Below, piece after piece: positions 17,937 through 25,766 of a stretch of DNA of 64,000 bases. The DNA is from an uncultured Anaerolinea sp. Lineage in GTDB: Bacteria; Chloroflexota; Anaerolineae; Anaerolineales; Anaerolineaceae. The stretch lies in NCBI GenBank assembly GCA_964454565.1, contig CAYVTF010000002.1, positions 71,270-135,269 of the forward strand, given 5' to 3'. The stretch's first letter is position 1. Each line of letters starts with the position of its first letter. The notes beneath the pieces are model-generated. The model saw only the letters and a program-made list of their open reading frames with translations. It was not told the DNA's origin and made no database searches. A program made the translations under genes and the position numbers.

Positions 17937-18796
17937 CTTGGCTGGCTCTCCAGGACCTCTGTAGAAAAACGCAATATCTCCGCCCGTGTTGGCACGCCGG
18001 CGATTCCCGGGCGGGTGACTGAATTGGCTGCCACCAGTGTGGCGAACCTCGCGGCTTCCCAGGGATCACGCAGCTGTTTTAATTTAATGAAGAATGATGC
18101 AGCAAATACATCCCCCGCGCCAACTGCGTCCACCTCAATTTCCAGAGGCGGTCTGAAGTAGCGCACATCTCCATTCCAGTACACCCGGGCGCCGGCAGCC
18201 CCTTCGGTGACTACCATGACCGGGATGCGCGACACGTAATCTGCCACAATATCTTCGTTTCCACGGATGTCTTCGATGCTCATGACCAGTGCATCCAGGT
18301 GAGGTAACACCTGGTGGGCATCCGGCCAGTCTCGATAAGATACCAGCCCATCGCCGTTCCAACTGCGCATCCAGCCCTGTGGAGTGGTGCAGACCAGCGA
18401 GTTAGGGAATGACCCTGCCAATTCTGGACAGATCTCATTCGTCAAGGGTCCAAGGTGGACGATGGGAGTATCCCTCCAGACCTGGGGTACATCCTCGATC
18501 GTCAGCGTACTGGCCACGTGATGGACGTGCTGAACCCTGCCTGTTGGGGTGGGGGTGTTTTCAAACGTGGAGGTGACCGGGCTAAGCTTGCGGGCAATGG
18601 AGATTCCGTCAAGTTGTGCCAGGTTGAGTTCAGGCGCGCAGGCGGTGACGATGCCGACTCGAACGCCGTATGCCTGAATCGTTAAAGATGCATACGAGGC
18701 TGTGCCGCCAAGGATGAGTCCGTTTGGCGTAATATCCTGGGTGACGTGTCCGATGATGAGGTAATCTACAGGTTCAAAGGGATGTTGTATATGCAT
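17933..18796 (-). CDS. PfkB-family carbohydrate/nucleoside kinase
   Basis: C-terminal PfkB signature (DAVGAGDVFAASF). Confidence 0.82.
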   Translation of the reverse strand: MHIQHPFEPVDYLIIGHVTQDITPNGLILGGTASYASLTIQAYGVRVGIVTACAPELNLAQLDGISIARKLSPVTSTFENTPTPTGRVQHVHHVASTLTIEDVPQVWRDTPIVHLGPLTNEICPELAGSFPNSLVCTTPQGWMRSWNGDGLVSYRDWPDAHQVLPHLDALVMSIEDIRGNEDIVADYVSRIPVMVVTEGAAGARVYWNGDVRYFRPPLEIEVDAVGAGDVFAASFFIKLKQLRDPWEAARFATLVAANSVTRPGIAGVPTRAEILRFSTEVLESQPR

Positions 18797-18813
18797 TGAA
18801 GGGTTATTGTCAC

Positions 18814-19314
18814 CTATTCGTTGGATTTTTCCCCATCAATGCTGCTGATAGAGGGTGAAACAGGTTTGACAGGCGCAACGCCAGTGGGAGTTTCACACAC
18901 TGGACAGATATCCCATGAAGGTTTTATAGAATGCCCGCAATGGGCACAGCTGATTTTTAGTTTCGCGTGGCAGGCGGGGCAGATGAGCCATTCCTTATCC
19001 ACCGGCTGTTTGCAGCCGGGGCAGGTGTAGGCTTCTTCGATCGCCTGCAGCAGGGCTTCCTCTTCCAACGCGCGTTGATATTTCCATTCAAGCGTGCGTG
19101 TTGGCCGTAGGATGACATAGATCAGCAAACCGGGCAGAAAGAGCGCAAGAACTAGCAGCACAGAGAGGATCTGCGCAAAGATATTCTTTGTCCGTGTACG
19201 GATGTCCCGTCCTGTCCAAAAGACCAGGCTCAACCAAAGCGCTGCAATGATCCCTGCACCAAGGTAAAAAGCGAAATATGATAGCTGTTTTAAAAGATCA
19301 GTATCCAGGAACAT
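18814..19314 (-). CDS. membrane protein with C-terminal double zinc-ribbon
   Basis: Two N-terminal TM helices, then CPGC..x..CPAC..x..CAHC..x..CPVC. Confidence 0.7.
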   Translation of the reverse strand: MFLDTDLLKQLSYFAFYLGAGIIAALWLSLVFWTGRDIRTRTKNIFAQILSVLLVLALFLPGLLIYVILRPTRTLEWKYQRALEEEALLQAIEEAYTCPGCKQPVDKEWLICPACHAKLKISCAHCGHSIKPSWDICPVCETPTGVAPVKPVSPSISSIDGEKSNE

Positions 19315-19445
19315 TGAATCTATACTCCGTGAGCAGAATTATAGCATGGAAGACTCGACGTTGCTTTTTGCACCCGTTTCACTTGCAGGAATTGGCAGGC
19401 TGATATTTAATTGTTCTTATCCGCATAGGATACTGGAGACAGGCG

Positions 19446-20150
19446 ATGGTAGAAGAGACGAAGGCATCTTACCGCATCAAGGACATGGCTGAGGATGAAC
19501 GGCCGCGTGAACGGCTGGCGGAATTTGGACCGGAGGCGTTGAGCAAGGCGGAATTGCTGGCCATCCTGCTGCGTGTGGGCAGGAAAGGGGTGAGCGCCGT
19601 CCAGCTGGCGAACGAGATATTGACTGATTTGGGGGGCCTGGGAGGCATCCAGAGAGCCACTTTCAGCCAGGTGTGTGAGGTGAAGGGATTGGGACCGGCA
19701 AAGGCAGCCCAGTTGAAAGCGGCCATCGAGTTGGGCAGGCGGCTGATCCTGGAAACGCCTGAACTGACCGGAGCAATCAGCAGTCCGGGGGATGCCGCGG
19801 AGCTGGTGCGGTACGAGATGCAGGGGTTGGTGCAGGAGCACCTGTGGGTCATCCTGTTGGACACCCGCAACCGCAAGATCAAGGTCGATAAACTTTATTC
19901 CGGATCGCTGAATTCCTCGATGGTGCGTGTGGGGGAATTGTTCCGGACGGCGATTCAGCTTAACGCGGCGTCGGTCATCCTGGCGCACAATCACCCCAGC
20001 GGAGACCCGGCCCCCAGCCCTGAGGACGTGGCGCTCACGCGCGCGGCGGTGCAGGCGGGCAAGCTGATGGATATTGAAGTGCTGGATCACCTGGTGATCG
20101 GCAGAGGGGGCTTTGTGTCGATGAAGGAAAAGGGGCTAGGCTTCGCGTAG
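19446..20150 (+). CDS. radC: RadC-family JAB/MPN-domain protein
   Basis: N-terminal HhH region (ELLAILLRVG) and the JAMM motif HNHPSGDPAPSPED. Confidence 0.9.
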   Translation: MVEETKASYRIKDMAEDERPRERLAEFGPEALSKAELLAILLRVGRKGVSAVQLANEILTDLGGLGGIQRATFSQVCEVKGLGPAKAAQLKAAIELGRRLILETPELTGAISSPGDAAELVRYEMQGLVQEHLWVILLDTRNRKIKVDKLYSGSLNSSMVRVGELFRTAIQLNAASVILAHNHPSGDPAPSPEDVALTRAAVQAGKLMDIEVLDHLVIGRGGFVSMKEKGLGFA

Positions 20151-20174
20151 CCATAATTCAAGATCAATCAATTG

Positions 20175-20203
20175 TTGACAAAACATACTGCTGATGGTAA
20201 GAT
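20175..20203 (+). promoter_or_regulatory. near-consensus sigma70 promoter for the tRNA gene
   Basis: TTGACA (20175-20180), 17-nt spacer, TAAGAT (20198-20203) with an extended -10 TG (TGgTAAGAT). The tRNA 5' end is ~10 nt downstream. Confidence 0.6.
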
Positions 20204-20213
20204 AGCAGGCGTT

Positions 20214-20285
20214 GGCGAGGTAGCTCAACGGTGGAGCAGTGGACTCATAAGCCATTGGATGTGGGTTCAAATCCCACCCTCGCCA
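20214..20285 (+). tRNA. tRNA with CAU anticodon (elongator tRNA-Met type; lysidine tRNA-Ile2 not excluded)
   Basis: Hand-folded cloverleaf: acceptor GGCGAGG/CCTCGCC, D-arm GCTC/GAGC, anticodon loop CTCATAA, T-arm GTGGG-TTCAAAT-CCCAC, discriminator A. 1-72 is a G-C pair, so it is not an initiator. CCA is not encoded. Confidence 0.9.
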
Positions 20286-20580
20286 CACAGTATATATGGG
20301 GGGTATCTCTTGTTGGCACCGCCATATATGGTGGTTGATTGGTGGCCTATTAAATGAAAATCTTGATAGGCCATTGGTTATTAAAGAACTTACTAATTAT
20401 ATCATTTCACACTAAACAGCGTGGTCATTATTGGTGTGTACTAATGTGTGCCCGACATAGGTTCTATGAAAAGGAACCTAAATAGACCTTAATGTTTTAT
20501 CAAAGTAAGAGGAAATCAACAAGAATTAATTGCTTAGCGATGGTTAGATAATTCTATATCCGCTACGTATCCTCTTCCAC

Positions 20581-20617
20581 AACAAACAAATCCGCCGAGA
20601 GGGCGGATTTGTTTGTT
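20581..20617. terminator. long symmetric hairpin, likely bidirectional terminator
   Basis: 16-bp inverted repeat AACAAACAAATCCGCC / GGCGGATTTGTTTGTT around loop GAGAG. T-rich on both strands after the GC core. Confidence 0.55.
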
Positions 20618-20854
20618 CCCCGTGGAATTGTCATGAAATGTGAAACTCCGGTTTTAGCCTTGAAAGGGTCGAATTTGAAAACAGCTTCAAAAGGCCAAAC
20701 TCCGGTATTAGCCCTACGCATTTTTTGGGGAGGCTAGATCCTCAGTTTCGTTAGATTTGTCCTCTGCAAATTGCGAGGATTTGTACCTATGTTATATCTT
20801 AATGTAAAAAATTTCGCAATTAAAAAATCACAAAAGGTAGTCGCCATTACGTAA

Positions 20855-20880
20855 AACCAAAAAACGCCGAGAGGGCGGTT
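20855..20880 (-). terminator. probable intrinsic terminator of the lipoprotein gene
   Basis: The minus strand reads CCGCCCTCTCGGCG followed by TTTTTTGGTTTT. The GC stem is short (4 bp plus A-U extension). It is a truncated copy of the 20581-20617 hairpin core (CGCCGAGAGGGCGG). Confidence 0.45.
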
Positions 20881-20975
20881 TGTAGTGTCTCCACGTAGGT
20901 ACCAACCCGTAATGTTGCTTGTTCTCGAGAAGTATGAAGGACTAGGATGGGTCCCCGACGCACCATGATTGGTTT

Positions 20976-20999
20976 TGGTGCGTTTTCAACGCACCCTAC
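20976..20999. repeat. 24-nt hairpin repeat, copy 1 (TGGTGCGTTTTCAACGCACCCTAC)
   Basis: Contains the 7-bp inverted repeat GGTGCGT/ACGCACC. It is 23/24 identical to 22051-22074. An extra complementary arm ACGCACCA sits at 20958-20965. Confidence 0.8.
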
Positions 21000-21014
21000 A
21001 CAGAAAAACTCAAA

Positions 21015-22007
21015 TCACTGATTGGGCAGCTGGCTTTCAGGGACATATATTGAAGATCCGCTACTGTATTTATACTCTTCGCGACTGGGAATTTGTGTTG
21101 ATTTTCCTGCAAGATAATTAAGAATCGCCTCTCTCATGTTCTCTACAATTAAAGCAAATTCATAATATATTTCTTTCTCTTCCTTAAAAAAATGTGCTGT
21201 ATCGTGTCCTATTGAGACAGCAACCATTTTACCGATTAAATTTTCGTTGGCAAGCGTAATCCCGGAAACCCCTCCCCATTGTTTATATGAAATCAAATTC
21301 CAGTTGTCTATATACATACTGTCGTCGGGTACACCAATAAAAGAAAAAAAGTACTCCCTCCCAGTACTCATAACCCATATTATTGACGTGTCGACCGTTT
21401 GCGGTATTTCAATTATTTGAACAGCCTCAAATCCGTCCCACCCATACGGCAAAGGCACAACGGTAACCCCCCTGAAACGGGCAAAAACTAGAGTATCTGA
21501 ACCTGAATAAGTTCCCACTGCTGATCCAAAAGCGGTAAACGGCTTCTCCGGTCCAATGCCGTACCCGATGCGTTTGCCGGTGTCAGGGTCAATAAAATGG
21601 GTTGACGGATCATCAGGAGGAAGGGGTCCTAAGTACGGTTCTATGACCGCGGGGTCAACATCATATCCGATAATGATCTGCTTTGTTACGATGTTTTCAG
21701 TGACATAACTCCACTCGCCAGTGTCTTCGCTCCATGTTGCCGTTACCTGTCCGTCAGCGTTTTTGACCACCCAAATACCGTTTTCGTAGGTTTGCGTGGC
21801 CGCGTTTTCCGGCCGTAGCCCGGCATCCACGGAGGGTGTGGGGATCGGCGTAGGGGTGGGTGTGGCAGTGGCTGTGGGCGTCAGGGTCGGTGTTGCTGTG
21901 CTGGTCAGGGTGGGGGTGAGCGTTGGACCCAGTACCTGCCCCGCTCCGCAGCCGGAGGAACTGAGCAAAAAGAGTGTGGTGAGCAGCAGAGCCAGGAATT
22001 GACGCAT
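21015..22007 (-). CDS. hypothetical lipoprotein with Thr/Pro-rich linker
   Basis: Start trimmed to MRQFLALLLTTLFLLSSSGC (signal peptide plus lipobox; SD GGGAGGA). Then a TPTLTPT... low-complexity linker and a ~270-aa domain with no recognisable motif. The 3' half is AT-rich. Confidence 0.75.
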   Translation of the reverse strand: MRQFLALLLTTLFLLSSSGCGAGQVLGPTLTPTLTSTATPTLTPTATATPTPTPIPTPSVDAGLRPENAATQTYENGIWVVKNADGQVTATWSEDTGEWSYVTENIVTKQIIIGYDVDPAVIEPYLGPLPPDDPSTHFIDPDTGKRIGYGIGPEKPFTAFGSAVGTYSGSDTLVFARFRGVTVVPLPYGWDGFEAVQIIEIPQTVDTSIIWVMSTGREYFFSFIGVPDDSMYIDNWNLISYKQWGGVSGITLANENLIGKMVAVSIGHDTAHFFKEEKEIYYEFALIVENMREAILNYLAGKSTQIPSREEYKYSSGSSIYVPESQLPNQ

Positions 22008-22050
22008 GTATCCTCCCTCAGGATATTCGGGGTACAACAATTATAGTTGA

Positions 22051-22074
22051 TGGTGCGTCTTCAACGCACCCTAC
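22051..22074. repeat. 24-nt hairpin repeat, copy 2 (TGGTGCGTCTTCAACGCACCCTAC)
   Basis: Lies between the HTH gene stop (22084) and the lipoprotein start (22007). Same orientation as copy 1, 1075 bp away. Confidence 0.8.
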
Positions 22075-22083
22075 GCGCTATGC

Positions 22084-22461
22084 TCAGCTCGATTTCCGCT
22101 GCTTCCTCAGGTTGATCCTGTACGCCGCGTACCCCATGATATCCGCCAGGTCGGCAGTCGATAGATGCCCCGCTTCCAGCTCGTCGAGGGCTTCAGCAAA
22201 CACTCCCGCGAGCTCAGGCTGTTTTTCCAGGATCATCGCAAGCTTACTGGTCAGTCCCAGTTCCGACTTGTCCTCTACATTAAGCACCGTGGATAACTGG
22301 ATCCCCAACCAGTCGCAGGTTTTCTGCAGCGTTCCAATGTCCACTGTGATCCCCTGCACCATGCGGGCCACGGTGGTGTGAGCCACGCCTATCTCCTTAG
22401 CGGCTTCCCTGATCGACAATCCCCTCTTGGCCAACTCATCTTTCAATATTTTATCCAGCAT
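22084..22461 (-). CDS. XRE/Cro-C1-type HTH transcriptional regulator
   Basis: Start trimmed to MLDKILKDELAKRGLSIREAAKEIGVAHTTVARMVQG (classic HTH; SD AAGGAG). 125 aa. Confidence 0.8.
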   Translation of the reverse strand: MLDKILKDELAKRGLSIREAAKEIGVAHTTVARMVQGITVDIGTLQKTCDWLGIQLSTVLNVEDKSELGLTSKLAMILEKQPELAGVFAEALDELEAGHLSTADLADIMGYAAYRINLRKQRKSS

Positions 22462-22495
22462 ACCAACTCCTTTTGGATTATCAATTCTTACCCCT

Positions 22496-22523
22496 ATTGT
22501 ACACCAACTGTAACAGATGTCAA
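22496..22523 (-). promoter_or_regulatory. near-consensus promoter for the HTH gene
   Basis: Minus-strand TTGACA (22518-22523), 16-nt spacer, TACAAT (22496-22501). The ATG is ~35 nt downstream. Confidence 0.55.
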
Positions 22524-22566
22524 GAGATTGGAGCGAAACAGATATATTGATTATGGAGCGTAACAG

Positions 22567-22595
22567 TTGACATCCATACGGAGCGGTGCTACAAT
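22567..22595 (+). promoter_or_regulatory. near-consensus promoter for the divergent 132-aa gene
   Basis: TTGACA (22567-22572), 17-nt spacer, TACAAT (22590-22595). SD ACGGAGG and ATG at 22614. Confidence 0.6.
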
Positions 22596-22613
22596 GCTTG
22601 AAACGGAGGCGCA

Positions 22614-23012
22614 ATGAAGATCAAATGGCGGGACCTGCAACGGATCGTCCCGGACTTGGCAGAGCGGGGCATCACAGGAGAACGCGGCGTTTTTCACGCC
22701 GCTTACCTCATCGGCAAATATTACTGCGAACCCCTCTCCATGGTCAACCTGTGTCCCGAAGTCTGCCAAGAATGCGCGGCGCATTTGGATCACATGACCA
22801 AAGCACTCAATCAAGAGAGTTGGTACGGGGACCTGGTGTGGCACGCCAAGGACGAGAGAGCCATTGTCAAGGATCTGCACGCGGCGCATCAAGCCATTGA
22901 AGTTTCAGACGCCGGAAACATCTTCGCCGACTTCGCGGACCGGTTGACCAATATTTGCGAAAGAACGATCTTCACAGTCACTGGCGAGCTGAAGGAATTG
23001 GATTCACATTAG
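22614..23012 (+). CDS. hypothetical Cys/His-rich small protein
   Basis: 132 aa with cluster C-x9-C-x3-C-x2-C-x2-H-x2-H (YYCEPLSMVNLCPEVCQECAAHLDH). Good promoter and SD. No family recognised. Confidence 0.65.
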   Translation: MKIKWRDLQRIVPDLAERGITGERGVFHAAYLIGKYYCEPLSMVNLCPEVCQECAAHLDHMTKALNQESWYGDLVWHAKDERAIVKDLHAAHQAIEVSDAGNIFADFADRLTNICERTIFTVTGELKELDSH

Positions 23013-23893
23013 TTGGCTGATTGCAAATGCCCGTCTATGGACGAGGTTAAGTGAGCTCCAAATAGAATGATCCACCCGCTGAGGTAGACCCAAACCAGTA
23101 GAGCGATTATTTTTCCCAAGGAACCATAAATGATCTCATATCTCGCCAGCCCGCTGGTGAGATACGTTGTAAACAGGAGTGTGATTAGTTGCCACAATAG
23201 CGTTGAAACCACTGCGCCAGTTATGGCAGCCTTTTTATTTACCTTGATCTGAGGAACCCAGTAGTACAGCCCAAAGAAAAGGAATAACCGGAAAAGGATC
23301 GGCAGGACGTTGTTGTAGAATCCGGAGGCCAGGAAACGGCTGATGGGAGAAAAATCGATCGGCAGCCCCAGGTTGATTATAAGATTCTTGACGGGGATGG
23401 AAAACGAGGACGCAATCAGCAACACGGCCATCACACCAATGATGGCAAGAGACCAAAGTTTCATGCGTAGGTAACTTCGGGGAGCAGCCTCACGCCAGGC
23501 AGCATTGATATTGCGGATGATGGTGGTAAAAACCGCGCTGGCAGACAAAAACAAGCCGATGAGAGCAAGAACAGAGACGGTTCCCCTGGAATCAAAAACC
23601 TGCTGCACATTGCTGATAATGAATTCCTGTGAAACCGGGATCAACCTGGGCAGGAGTTCCAATAACTGAGTTTCCACGACTTGTTTTTCAACAAAAAAGG
23701 ATCCAATGGCAGCAAATCCAAATATCATTGGGAAAATGGCAAACAGAGTGTAGTAGGCGATGCTCGCAGCGGCTTCGGTACCCCTCGCGGTAGAGAAAGT
23801 AAGCAATGCTTCGCGACTGATCAGGTAAACCTTCTCAATAATATCGCGGAAAAGTCTACGAAAATTTCGGCTGGGTGGAGAAACAGTTGCCAT
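23009..23893 (-). CDS. YihY/BrkB-family membrane protein
   Basis: 294-aa polytopic protein with AASIAYYTLFAIFP, the YihY hallmark. Confidence 0.82.
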   Translation of the reverse strand: MATVSPPSRNFRRLFRDIIEKVYLISREALLTFSTARGTEAAASIAYYTLFAIFPMIFGFAAIGSFFVEKQVVETQLLELLPRLIPVSQEFIISNVQQVFDSRGTVSVLALIGLFLSASAVFTTIIRNINAAWREAAPRSYLRMKLWSLAIIGVMAVLLIASSFSIPVKNLIINLGLPIDFSPISRFLASGFYNNVLPILFRLFLFFGLYYWVPQIKVNKKAAITGAVVSTLLWQLITLLFTTYLTSGLARYEIIYGSLGKIIALLVWVYLSGWIILFGAHLTSSIDGHLQSAN

Positions 23894-23939
23894 AAACTAA
23901 TTCTTCAAATTGTCAGGGCTTAGGGATGCCAATGGTTAC

Positions 23940-25766
23940 TCATGCGGATACTGCCCCTTGCGCTTCCTGGAATGGGTCATAAGCCGTTTCAAGCTGATGC
24001 CGGAACTGCCTGGTGTAAAGTTGGTGGTATTTACCGCGCAAACGCAACAGCTCGGAATGGGTTCCCATCTCGGCGATTTTCCCGTCTTCGATGACCAGGA
24101 TTCGGTCGGCTTTCTTGATGGTGGACAACCGGTGCGCGATGATGAAGCTTGTGCTTGTGTCCATCAACTTCTGCATTCCGCTTTGAATGAGGGCTTCGGT
24201 GAGGGTATCCACTGAGCTGGTGGCTTCATCCATGATGAAGATCTCCGGGTCAGCCAGTACAGCCCGGGCGAGGCTGATTAACTGCTTCTGACCGACTGAA
24301 AGCAGGTTCCCCCCTTCACCCACCTCGGTGTCGAACCCTTTCTCAAAATGCATGATGAAATCGTAAGCACCCACTACCATAGTCGACTCTTCGATCTCAT
24401 TATCCGTGGCACCTAATCGGCCATAACGAAGGTTTTCGCGAATGGAACCTGAAAAGAGGTGAGGGGTCTGAAGCACCACTCCAATACGCGATTGTATGGA
24501 TTGCAGTGAGAGCTTGGTGTAATCACGTCCACCGATATAGATTTTGCCGCTTGAAGGTTCATAAAAGCGGCAAAGCAGGTTGACGATGGTGGATTTCCCA
24601 CCTCCAGTGGGTCCGACCAAAGCAAGAGTCTCGCCCCGTTTGACGTGCAAACTGAAATCCGACAATACCGGTTGATCATTTTCTTCATACCGGAAGGTCA
24701 CGTGATCGAAAATGATGTCGCCCTTGATCGTACCCGGGTCCAAAGCGTCCGGGCGGTCCTTCACCTGGGGTTGGGAGTCGATGAGCGAGAACATGCGCTC
24801 GGCAGAGGCGATTGCCTGCTGCATTTCGGCAAAAACGCGGGCAATATCCTGAATTGGCCACATCATGAAGGTGATGTACGATACAAAAGCCTGGATACCG
24901 CCAATGGTGAGACTTCCGATTTTTGCCTGGTAACCGCCAAACCAGACCACTGCGCCAACGGCCAGAGCGGAGATGATCTGCACCGTGGGCAGAAATAGCG
25001 CGCTCAGCCAGGCAGCGTGGAAGGAGGATTTATACATGGTGGTCGTGAGGTTTCCAAATTCCTGAAGATTTTCCTTCTCTCGTCCCAGGGCTTTGATCAC
25101 ACGCACACCGGTGATGTTCTCGTTGAATGCGCCAACGATCTTGGAGTTCGTTTTGCGCACGTTTCGGTATTGCGAAATGATGCGTTTGCGAAATTCCAGG
25201 GCAACGAAGAATAGGATCGGCAGCATCGCGAGAACAATGAGGCTCAGCTTCCAGTTAATGATGACCATGAAAACCATGGAGGAAATGATGCTCATGAGAC
25301 CCCAGGTGGAATCCACCAAACCCCAGGTAACCAGATCGGAAACGCGCTCCGAGTCCGATGTGACCCTGGCCATGATCCAACCAACAGGAGTTTTACTGTA
25401 GTAATTCAGAGATAGCGCCTGCAAGTGATTGAACATCTTTTTTCGCAGGTCATAGCGGATGCGCTCGCCAAGTATCCCCGCGAGATAGATGAACAGGAAC
25501 ACACTCCCGGCCTGGATGAGTGTTACAGCAGCGTACATCAGTATGATATTCACCAGGGCTTTGATATCACCTCTGGCGATGCTGTCATCGATAATCATTT
25601 TATTAAGCCAGGTCGTCACCGCGTCAAAAGCTGCCACGACGGCGATGGTGATCACAAAACCGATGAGCCATTTTAGATGTGGACGGGTGAGACCCAGGAT
25701 GCGGCGAAGCGTTTTGCCGTCAAACTTGGCGTCAAATTCCTCCTCATCGAAGTAATTATCCGACAC
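23940..25766 (-). CDS. ABC exporter, fused permease/ATPase subunit (heterodimer partner B)
   Basis: Six-TM domain plus Walker A GPTGGGKST, signature LSVGQKQ and Walker B IFIMDEATS. Start set at GTG 25766 (SD GGAGA 6 nt upstream), overlapping the upstream stop by 11 nt. The ORF-track start 25844 would overlap by 89 nt. Confidence 0.85.
   Translation of the reverse strand: MSDNYFDEEEFDAKFDGKTLRRILGLTRPHLKWLIGFVITIAVVAAFDAVTTWLNKMIIDDSIARGDIKALVNIILMYAAVTLIQAGSVFLFIYLAGILGERIRYDLRKKMFNHLQALSLNYYSKTPVGWIMARVTSDSERVSDLVTWGLVDSTWGLMSIISSMVFMVIINWKLSLIVLAMLPILFFVALEFRKRIISQYRNVRKTNSKIVGAFNENITGVRVIKALGREKENLQEFGNLTTTMYKSSFHAAWLSALFLPTVQIISALAVGAVVWFGGYQAKIGSLTIGGIQAFVSYITFMMWPIQDIARVFAEMQQAIASAERMFSLIDSQPQVKDRPDALDPGTIKGDIIFDHVTFRYEENDQPVLSDFSLHVKRGETLALVGPTGGGKSTIVNLLCRFYEPSSGKIYIGGRDYTKLSLQSIQSRIGVVLQTPHLFSGSIRENLRYGRLGATDNEIEESTMVVGAYDFIMHFEKGFDTEVGEGGNLLSVGQKQLISLARAVLADPEIFIMDEATSSVDTLTEALIQSGMQKLMDTSTSFIIAHRLSTIKKADRILVIEDGKIAEMGTHSELLRLRGKYHQLYTRQFRHQLETAYDPFQEAQGAVSA

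Noticed and set aside
19407-20090. 227-aa ORF antisense to radC
   Set aside because: It fully overlaps the well-supported RadC/JAB gene on the opposite strand. It is Arg/Gln/His-rich low-complexity sequence typical of antisense frames in GC-rich coding DNA, and has no SD or motif.
20172-20357. 61-aa ORF covering the tRNA gene
   Set aside because: It is explained by the tRNA(CAU) cloverleaf and its promoter. It has no RBS.
21830-21935. Repetitive GGTG/GTGG-rich DNA that could be mistaken for a tandem repeat or CRISPR-like array
   Set aside because: It is the coding sequence (minus strand) of the Thr/Pro-rich linker of the lipoprotein. It has no regular repeat-spacer periodicity.
20976-22074. 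The hairpin direct repeats interpreted as integron attC sites
   Set aside because: There is no GTTRRRY/RYYYAAC core pair and no attC-type extended imperfect palindrome. No intI integrase or attI is in the window. I kept it as an unexplained repeat finding only.
22551-22900. Two ~105-113-aa ORFs (both strands) overlapping the 132-aa Cys/His-rich gene
   Set aside because: Neither has a promoter or SD. The 22614-23012 frame has a consensus promoter and SD, and the others are Arg/Pro/Gly-rich alternative-frame artefacts.
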